Below are positions 8,929 through 16,523 of a stretch of 16,523 bases of DNA, in pieces (the first letter of the stretch is position 1; every line of letters starts with the position of its first letter). Below the pieces are notes generated by a model. That model did no database searches. It was not told where the DNA came from and saw only the letters and a program-made list of their open reading frames with translations. Source of the DNA: Fonticula alba ATCC 38817 (lineage: Eukaryota; Protista; Nucleariida); assembly GCA_000388065.2 (NCBI GenBank), contig KB932203.1; one strand, given 5' to 3'. Made by a program: the position numbers and the translations under genes.

Positions 8929-9246
8929 CCTTGCCCCCTCTCCTCGCCCCTCCGCCCTTCCCCCCGCCCGCGCGTGTGCACCCGACCGGACGGACACAGA
9001 AAGCACCACACCCAAGGGGGGGGGGGGCATATGTGCGCACTGGGTGCTTGTATGTATTTGTCTTGTGAGGAGGGGCTCTCGCGTGTGCTCCCCTCCCCTT
9101 GAGACCCTTCTCCTGGACACGCGGAAGGGGGAACTCGGGCCGCGGCCAGGAAAAGAGCGAACAAGCAGGGGACCGGGGAGGCAAGAGAGAGAGAGAGAAA
9201 GCAGGAAACCCAGGCAAGGGGAGAGGGGCCCCACAGCGCGGCCATA

Positions 9247-10211
9247 CTACTGGGCCTTGGTGGGGTCCTTCTCGGCGCCGGCCGCCGGCATGGTCTTGCG
9301 CGCCGGCGGCATGATCAGCGGCATCCACCGGTGCACCCGGGCCATGTAGGCCTCATACTGACCGGGGAACATGCGGCACAGGTGGAACTCCTCGTCGACG
9401 ATGCGGCTGGCGAAGAAGGCCTGCAGGGCCACCAGGTACGCCACCAGGCCGATGGGGTTCCCCAGGAGCAGCTGCGTGCCGATGCTGAACCAGTAGAAGC
9501 CGAAGTAGCTCGGGTGCCGGATGATGGCATACAGGCCCTTGGTGACCAGGGTGTGATCGGACCGGCGCTCGGACTGGACAAAGTGATTGAAAGACCGGCC
9601 GGCCTCCCACATGGCCCGCGAGCGGAAGAACTGCCCGGCCACCACCAGCACCAGGCCGACGGCCCGGACCGGGACCATCCACCCGGCGCGGAGCTTGAAG
9701 TCCGGGAAGAGGAAGCACTCGGCCAGGAACTCGAACACCGAGAAGGCGAAGGCCATCTGGTAGGCGACCGTCTGGTTGAGCAGGAAGGCTGGCGCACCGG
9801 GCGGGCATTGGGGTTGGGGGGGGCACAGCATGTCAGAGGGGGGCGCGGGAGGGGGCGAGAGGGAGGCAGGGCGCGCACTGTCCATGTTCAGGTCCTTGCC
9901 GGACTTGAAGGGGGCCGTCATCAGGTACTCCATCAGATGGAAGAAGGCCACCGCGCCGATGTAGATACCGAATACATTGATGCAGGGGCCTGCTCGAGCG
10001 GGGAGAGACGGGGGGGGGGGGGGGACGAGCAAAAGTCAGCGCTCATCGGGCCGGCCACAGGGCGTGCGCATGTCGCCGGGCAGGGCGAGGCGGCGGACGC
10101 ACCAACAAAGAACCACACCAGGCCGGCACCGGCCACGGCGCCCAGCCACGCAGACCGGAAGGCCACGTTGTAGTAGCTGTGGACGAGGGGCTCGTCGAAC
10201 AGCAGGATCAT
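9247..10211 (-). CDS. ICMT: Protein-S-isoprenylcysteine O-methyltransferase (ICMT/Ste14); exons 10211-10103, 9989-9879, 9788-9247; 253 aa
   Basis: Family motifs are FFHLMEYL, DTFLLNQTVAY after splicing, GQFFRSRAMWEAGRSFNHFVQ, HTLVTKGLYAIIRHPSYFGFYWFSIGTQLLLGNP and RIVDEEFHL..F.GQYEAY. Introns are 10102-9990 (GTGCGT..CTGAC..CAG) and 9878-9789 (GTGCGC..CTGAC..CAG). The ATG is in gccATG context and the stop is TAG at 9249-9247. Confidence 0.93.
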
Positions 10212-10517
10212 GGCGACGGCGAAGGGGGAGGGAACGACGCGGGGAGGGGGCGAAAGATGTGTGTGGGGAGGGGGGGGGGGGGGGACAAGAGGGGCGGATG
10301 TGTCTGGCCCGGGCCGCGGGACAAGGCCCAGGCGCGCGGGCTGCACTTAAGAGCGGAGCGGGCTGAGGGAGAGCCTGGCGGCCGGGCGCCCCAGCTCCGC
10401 CGTTTGGCCCCTCCCTTCCGCCCGTGTGTCTCCGCCTCGCCCGCGGCGCACGCGCACCCGCACCCGCACATGCACTCACACACATACACATCGCAGCCCG
10501 GAGTCCCAATCGGCGGA

Positions 10518-10518
<1 letters not shown>

Positions 10519-10552
<34 letters not shown>
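10519..10552. repeat. (CA)17 microsatellite in the ICMT / coiled-coil gene divergent intergenic region
   Basis: Read directly from the sequence. Confidence 0.95.
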
Positions 10553-10556
<4 letters not shown>

Positions 10557-11022
10557 TACACGCAACAGGAGCAGGCATATGCCCTGGCCGCGCCCGCCGA
10601 GCAACGGCCCCTTGCCCCCCGAGGAGCGGGCCCCTGCCCAAGGGCGCCGGACCTGCGGGCGGCCACACAGGGGCGAGCACCGTCCCCGAGCGGGGCACGC
10701 TTCCGCGGCCGGTCGTCTCCTCGTCGATTGCCCCCGGGCCCGGGAAATGTGTATTCGTCACCGCGGCCGGCCCGGGGCGGGGAGGGCTGCCGACGGACTG
10801 GCCACCAGCCGCCCTCCCCCCCCGCCCCCCCGCGAAGGCGCAAGGGAGCAGGGCGCCACACCGCAGCGTCGGCAGTTCGGCAACCAGGCGTAGAGGCTAG
10901 GCCCGGCGCCGATCGGGTGGTGCAGAACAAACGGTCGGATCCAAATGCCGCGGAGAATGCCCGCGCCGCGGCCCGCTGCCCGCGCCGGACTCGACCGGCG
11001 CCGCCTCCCCGCCCCCCCCCCC

Positions 11023-11332
11023 NNNNNNNNNNNNNNNNNNNNNNNNNNNNNNNNNNNNNNNNNNNNNNNNNNNNNNNNNNNNNNNNNNNNNNNNNNNNNN
11101 NNNNNNNNNNNNNNNNNNNNNNNNNNNNNNNNNNNNNNNNNNNNNNNNNNNNNNNNNNNNNNNNNNNNNNNNNNNNNNNNNNNNNNNNNNNNNNNNNNNN
11201 NNNNNNNNNNNNNNNNNNNNNNNNNNNNNNNNNNNNNNNNNNNNNNNNNNNNNNNNNNNNNNNNNNNNNNNNNNNNNNNNNNNNNNNNNNNNNNNNNNNN
11301 NNNNNNNNNNNNNNNNNNNNNNNNNNNNNNNN
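11023..11332. other. Assembly gap (310 N), intergenic
   Basis: N run flanked by C homopolymers. Confidence 1.
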
Positions 11333-11607
11333 CCCCCCCGGAGGTCCGGCGCCGGCCGGGAGATCGGGAGCACTGCGACGCGTGCCAGCCGTGGCGCCCG
11401 GCGCGGGTACTCAAGTTGGCGCACGCGCCTCCGGCCCGCCGGGCCCTCATATCCGCCCGCCCGCCCGCCCACCAACCCCCTTTCCATCTGCCCAGACCCC
11501 CTCGGGTCTCCTCCCGCCCCTCCCCCTCCTCGCCTCTCGCCCCTCCTTGCCTCCCAACCCGCCTCGCCCTCGCACCACCGCCGCGCCGCCGCGCCCGAGC
11601 CCACACC

Positions 11608-14600
11608 ATGAGCCCCGCCGCGGGCGCCGACCAGCAGGGGACCCTGGACCACCTGCTGTCGGTGGTCCGATCCATCCTGGAAGACATGGGCCTCCCGGTC
11701 CCCCGGCCGCTGACCTGGGTCACGGTCGACGGGTGGAATGACTTCGACCTGTACGACGTGGAGGTGGTCCCGCTGCGGGATCTGCCCGACTTCTCGGTCC
11801 GCCTGGCCGAGCGCCTCGGGGCCGCCATCAGCGAGGGCTTCATGGCCGAGATCAACCAGCTGACCGAGGGTGCCCCGGATGTGCGCTCCCCCTCCCTCCC
11901 GACTGCTCTGCTTGCCACTGCTCGGCACCATGCCCGCCCCCTGCTCCCTGGCCCCCGCCTCCCGCTTCCCGCCTCCCGCCTCCCGCCTCCCGCCTCCCGC
12001 CTCCCGCTTCCCGCCCCCCGCCTCCCGCTCCCTGAGAACACACGCACAGAGAGAAGGAGAGAGAGAGAGAGAGAGAGAGACTGATTCGACCCCCCTTGCC
12101 CCCCTCTCGCGCCCTTGCACACACACACACACACACACACGATACCATCGCCCCAGGACGGCTTCCTCACGTACGAATACCTGCGCAAGCTGTACATGAA
12201 GTTCGACAAGCTCGGACAGTCGGCCCGGCCCACGTCCCCGGTCCGGCAGCTGCTTTTGCCATCCGGCCGGCCGCGGCCACTGCCGCCGATGCGCGCGCGC
12301 CTGGCCGACACGGCGGCCACGGCTGCCGCCGGCACCGGCGCCGGTGCCGCGCCCGGGGCCCTGGTCCCGGCCGCCGGGCACTCCTCGCGCTCGGTGCTCA
12401 TGGCGGCCGGCGCGCAGGCCGTCCAGCAGCTCGGCCCCGGCGCCGTGCCCCCCGGCATGGCCGCGTACGAGGTCTTCCCGAAGCATGATGATCACTCGGC
12501 CGCCGGGCATTCGCAGCAGCAACAGCAGCAACTCCAGCAGACCCCCCCGCGGCCGCCGACACGGCCCATGCTCCTGGTCAGCTGTGAGAACGAGTATCTG
12601 GACATGTCCCACATGCTGGAGGACTTTTGCTTCTTCCTGGACCACACCATCAACACCGTGTCCAAGCAATTCCCCTCCTTCACCCTGGACACGTCGCTCC
12701 TCCGGGCCCACATCGGCATGCTGGAGAACACGGCCAGCATTCGCACCGCCGAGGCCGAGTCCCAAAAGTCCATGGTCTTCGCCCTGAACCTGACCATACG
12801 CGACATCGAGCAGGTGGTCGAGGCCCTCAAGGAGGAGAAGGCCGAGCTGGCCACCAAGCTGGAGGCCGCGCGCGAGGATGTCCGCGCCAAGGACCGCGAC
12901 CTGGCCTTCCTCCACCGGGACCTGGACCATGCCCAGTCGCTCCTGGCCCAGGAGGAGGAGCGGCATCGCGAAACCGGTGCGTCTGCCCCCGGCCCCGGGC
13001 TCTTGCTGCTGCCGCCGCCGCCGCCGCCGCCGGGTCTTTCCTTGCGCCCTTCTCCCGTCCCTCCCCTTGCCGCTGTCTCTTTGCCTGCCCGCCCGCCCGC
13101 CCTGCTCCCCGGGCCGGGCCCCGGCACGCCATCCCAACTCACCCAGCATCACCATGCCCCCTCCCCTCGCACAGGGCAAAAGCTCACGCGCGCGCTGGCC
13201 GACAAGCACGAGCTGCAGGACGAAATCAAGAGCATGAAGGCCCAAGTGAGCTTCGCCCGCAAGGAGTACCACGGCCACAAGGATGAGATCGAGCGCCTCA
13301 AGAAGGCCAACGACATCATTTCCCACCGGGAGCGCTTCCTCCGGAAGAAGCTCGAGCAGGCCGAGGGCGAGATCATCACCCTGGCCACGTCTCCGGTCCG
13401 GCCGCCGGCCATCAGCCAGGTGCGCTGCCCTGCCGGTGTTCGTGCTCGCGCGGCCGTGGCCACGCGCACGCACCTCCGCCTCCGCCTCCGCCTCCCACCC
13501 CGCCGCTGCTGACCCATCCATGGCCCCTGCCGGTCCCCGGCGCCCAGGTCCCCGGCGCCGGGACGCCCACTCCCCCGGCCGACGAGGACTTGCTGGCCGC
13601 CGCGCCGGCCGCCGAGGCTGCCGCCGCGCCAGGTCCCGACGTGGCTCCCCCGGCGGCCGAGGCGGCCCCCGAGCCCCAGGCCCCGGCCACCCCCGGGGCC
13701 GCTGGTCCTGCATGCAGCCCGGCCGAGCGCCGGGCCCTGCCCCTGCGCGAGCTCCTGGCCACCGGCGACCTGGCCGCCAGCCTGGAGCTCTTCTCGCCGG
13801 AGGGCGGCCTCGGCACCAGCATGCAAACGCACCCCACGCCGGATGTGGTGCTGGCTGGGCAGCATCTGACGCCGTTGACGTCGCGCCGGCGCCGGCCCAG
13901 GTCGGCGGTCGATTCGAGCCTGGTGCTGGCCTCCTGCTCGTCCTCCTCCGGCTCGGAGGGCCACCTTTCGGACGGCCATGACCACGAAGACCCGGAGGAC
14001 GACGAGGACCTGGGCTTCATCGACGATGACGAGGAGGATGGCTTCCTGCTGTCGCCGTCGGCGCTGCGCGGGGTGCCGCTGCTGGACAGCGACCCGGAGC
14101 TCTCGCCCCGGCGCATCAATCGCCAAGCCCGCCGGGCCACCTTCCACTCGCTGGCCAAGACCACCGGCCGGGCTCTGGACAGCAGTGTCGACAGCACCGG
14201 CAGCAGCCCGCACGGCAGCAGCACCGCCAGCAATGGCAGCCTGCTGTCCTCGTCGCTGGACGCGTCGCTGGCCGCCGGCCCGGCCGGCCTGTCGGATGTG
14301 CCCCTCAGCGTGGAGGACTTCGACCCGGCCGGCATCCAGCTGGACCGGCTGATGTTCCACTCGGAGAAGAAGGCCCTGCTGCAGTCGCTCAACCACCTGA
14401 CGCAGGAGCGCGAGGAGGTGGCCGCCCAGCTGGACGCCGTGGCCACCGCCGGGCAGGATGTCCTGGCCGAATTGACGGCCGCCTGTGCCGCCGATGACAC
14501 CGAGGCCGAGAGCGTGCAGCTGGTCGGCCTGCAGCAGGCCCTCGCCCAGCTGGCGGCCATGCGCCAGCAGCTCCAAGCCCGCCAGCAGGCGGCCACCGAA

Positions 14601-16523
14601 CGAGCCGACGCCCTGGCCTCCGAGAGGGAGACCCTGCTCGTGGAGAAGGAGGCCCTCCTGGCCGAGAAGGAGACCCTCCTGGCCGAGAAGGAGACCCTCC
14701 TGGCCGAGAGGGAGGCTGCTGCGGCTGAGCGCGACGCGGCCGTGTCCGACCGCGAGGCGCTCACCGCCGAGCGCGATGCCCTGCTCTCCGAGAAGGGGGC
14801 CCTGGCCGCCGAGCGGGAGGCCCTTGCCCGGGAAAAGACCGGTCTCCTGGCCGAGCGCGATGCCGCCGTCGCCGACAGGGAGTCCATCCGGGCCGAGCAT
14901 GAGGCCCTCGCCACGGACAAGGCCAGCCTGGTGGCCGAGCGTGATGCCGCCCTCCTGGAAAAGGCATCCACCATGGCCGAGCGCGATGTCCTGCTGGCGG
15001 ACATCGCCTCGCTGACCGAGCAGACGCGCGACTTGGCGGCCCAGTGCGCCGCCAACAGCATCCAGCAGGCGGACATGGCCACCCGGCAGACGCAGACCTC
15101 CGAGCAGCTGGCCGGCTTGGTGGCCGAGCATGCGGCCCTCACGGCCAAGCATGCGGCCCTGCTGGAGCAGGGCGACGCCTCCGCCCAGCAGCTGGCCGAC
15201 CAGCTCCACGCCCTGACCGCCGAGCGTGATGCCCTGACCGCCGAGCAGGAGANNNNNNNNNNNNNNNNNNNNNNNNNNNNNNNNNNNNNNNNNNNNNNNN
15301 NNNNNNNNNNNNNNNNNNNNNNNNNNNNNNNNNNNNNNNNNNNNNNNNNNNNNNNNNNNNNNNNNNNNNNNNNNNNNNNNNNNNNNNNNNNNNNNNNNNN
15401 NNNNNNNNNNNNNNNNNNNNNNNNNNNNNNNNNNNNNNNNNNNNNNNNNNNNTGGTCGAGCGTGACGCTCTGCTGGCCGAGGTCGCCTCGCTGACCGGGC
15501 GTGCGGACGAGCTGACCGCCGAGCATGCGGCCCTCACGGCCGAGCACACGGTCCTGCTGGAACAGAGCGGCGCCTCTGCCCAACAACTGGCCGACCAGCT
15601 CCACGCGCTGACCGCCGAGCGCGATGCCCTGGCCGCCGAGCAGGAGACCCTGGCCGCCAAGCACACCTCCCTGCTGGCCGAGCGCGACGCCCTACTGGCC
15701 GAGGTCGCCTCGCTGACCGGGCGCGCGGATGGCCTGACCGCCGAGCACGAGGCCGTGCGCGCCGAGCAGAAGGCCCTGGCGGCACAGCACGCGGATGTTG
15801 TCGGGCAGCTGGACGCCCTGAAGGCCGGGCATGCGACGCTCGAAGCCAAGCACGCGGCCTTGCTGGAGCAAACCGACGCCTCCGCCCGGCAGCTGGCCGG
15901 GCAGCTGGAGGCCCTGACCGCCGAGCGTGATGAGCTTGTCACCGAGCGGGATGCCCTCCGGGCCAGGGCCACCTCCCTGGACGAGCAGGTGAGCGAACTG
16001 CAGGCCGCGCGCGATGCCATGCATGCCGAGCATGCGGCCCTGTCGGCCAAACACGCGGCCTTGGCGGCCGAGGCTGGGGCTTCTTCCGAGAGCCTGGCCG
16101 CGGAGCTCCGTGCCCGGACCACCGAGCGTGACGAGTTGGCCGCCGCACGCGCTGAGCTGGACGCCCAGCGCGATGCCCTCACGACCGAGGTCGGCTCTCT
16201 GACCGGGCGCCTTGACGAGTTGACCGCCAAGCATGATGCCGTGACTGCCGAGCGCGATGCCCTGGCGGCCAAGCATGCGGCCCTGCTGGAGCAGAGCGAC
16301 GCCTCCGCCCAGCAGCTGGCCGACCAGCTGCACGCTCTGACCGTCGAGCGCGACGCGCTGGCCACTGAGCGCGACGCCCTGAGTGCCGAGCGTGACATCC
16401 TGAGCGCTGAGCGCGACACTTTGTCCGAGCAAATCGACCAGCTGACCACCAAGCATACGCTTGCCGCCGAGCAGCTGGCCGGCTTGGTGACCGAGCGCGA
16501 TGCCCTGGCGGCCAAGCACGCGG
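11608..16523 (+). CDS. Large coiled-coil protein with N-terminal pseudo-EF-hand-like region; 3'-partial; exons 11608-11880, 12157-12976, 13175-13419, 13548->16523 (interrupted by N gap 15253-15452)
   Basis: Introns 11881-12156, 12977-13174 and 13420-13547 have GTGCGY donors and CAG acceptors, and the phases are consistent. The N-terminus reads WNDFDLYDVEVVPLRDLPDF...EINQLTEGAPDDGFLTYEYLRKLY. A first coiled coil (IRDIEQVVEALKEEKAELATKLEAARE...LKKANDIISHRERFLRKKLEQAE) is followed by a Pro/Ser/acidic linker and then heptad repeats (AERDALx). After the gap the frame is open from 15455 to the window end (LVERDALLAEVASLTGR...). The ORF track misses this part because it has no stop codon. Confidence 0.8.
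11954..12030. repeat. Heptamer repeat (CCCGCYY)x11 in intron 1 of the coiled-coil gene
   Basis: Eleven consecutive units, mostly CCCGCCT and CCCGCTT. Confidence 0.9.
12048..12140. repeat. (AG)n (12048-12080, one interruption) and (CA)n (12118-12140) microsatellites in the same intron
   Basis: Read directly from the sequence. Confidence 0.9.
14622..16523 (+). repeat. Coding 21-bp (heptad) tandem repeats plus a recurring 30-aa block
   Basis: GAGAAGGAGACCCTCCTGGCC-type units lie at 14622-14705. The KHAALLEQxDASAQQLADQLHALTAERDAL-type block lies at 15147-15236, 15542-15631, 15848-15937 and 16271-16360, and possibly starts again at 16514. Confidence 0.85.
15253..15452. other. Assembly gap (200 N) inside the repetitive coding exon
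   Basis: N run. The reading frame differs on either side, so the stated gap length is only an estimate. Confidence 1.

Noticed and set aside
9247-9310. ICMT C-terminal tail as a KKxx ER-retrieval signal, and neighbouring proteins as CaaX substrates
   Set aside because: The tail ends DPTKAQ with only one Lys near the end. The neighbours with visible C-termini end in QSRA and GPGR, which are not CaaX.
10212-11607. Possible small ORFs or a structured RNA (tRNA, SRP, RNase P/MRP) in the divergent intergenic region
   Set aside because: No diagnostic motifs were found. The ORFs are built from CA repeats and GC-rich filler, and part of the region is a gap.
15253-15455. Frame change within the last exon, as a possible frameshift or pseudogene
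   Set aside because: It coincides with an assembly gap of estimated size, and both sides encode the same repeat family.
13149-16519. Long antisense ORFs (686, 750, 458 and 275 aa) over the coiled-coil gene
   Set aside because: They mirror the sense repeats. Antiparallel stops need TTA/CTA/TCA sense codons, which are rare at this GC level. One ORF also runs through Ns.
61-16523. Functional gene cluster linking the lipid-contact protein, PLK4, U6, ICMT and the coiled-coil protein
   Set aside because: Orientations are mixed, no shared pathway is evident, and this density is normal for a compact eukaryotic genome.

Overview
This is a eukaryotic, very GC-rich genomic scaffold, not a prokaryotic one. 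It has four assembly gaps (5456-5512, 7611-8415, 11023-11332, 15253-15452). Splicing by eye gives four intron-containing protein genes and one snRNA gene. (1) A + strand PXA + Nexin_C (SNX14/Mdm1/Nvj3-like) lipid-transfer-type protein; its 5' end is outside the window and it has no recognisable RGS or PX domain. (2) A - strand 8-exon Polo-family kinase of about 1019 aa with a PLK4-type cryptic polo box, a long N-terminal extension and a very long activation segment. (3) A + strand U6 snRNA gene, 5'-truncated by a gap, with an extra A in the catalytic internal stem-loop. (4) A - strand 3-exon isoprenylcysteine carboxyl methyltransferase (ICMT/STE14, 253 aa). (5) A + strand large protein with an N-terminal pseudo-EF-hand-like pair and a long repetitive coiled coil that runs off the window. 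Thirteen complete introns could be placed. They have GTGCGY-dominated donors and mostly CTRAC branch points. No operon, CRISPR array or mobile element is supported. The style (GC-rich, Ala/Gly/Pro inserts, fungal-like branch points, PLK4-type kinase) suggests a unicellular opisthokont such as Fonticula. That is an unverified inference. All family calls come from remembered motifs, not database searches.
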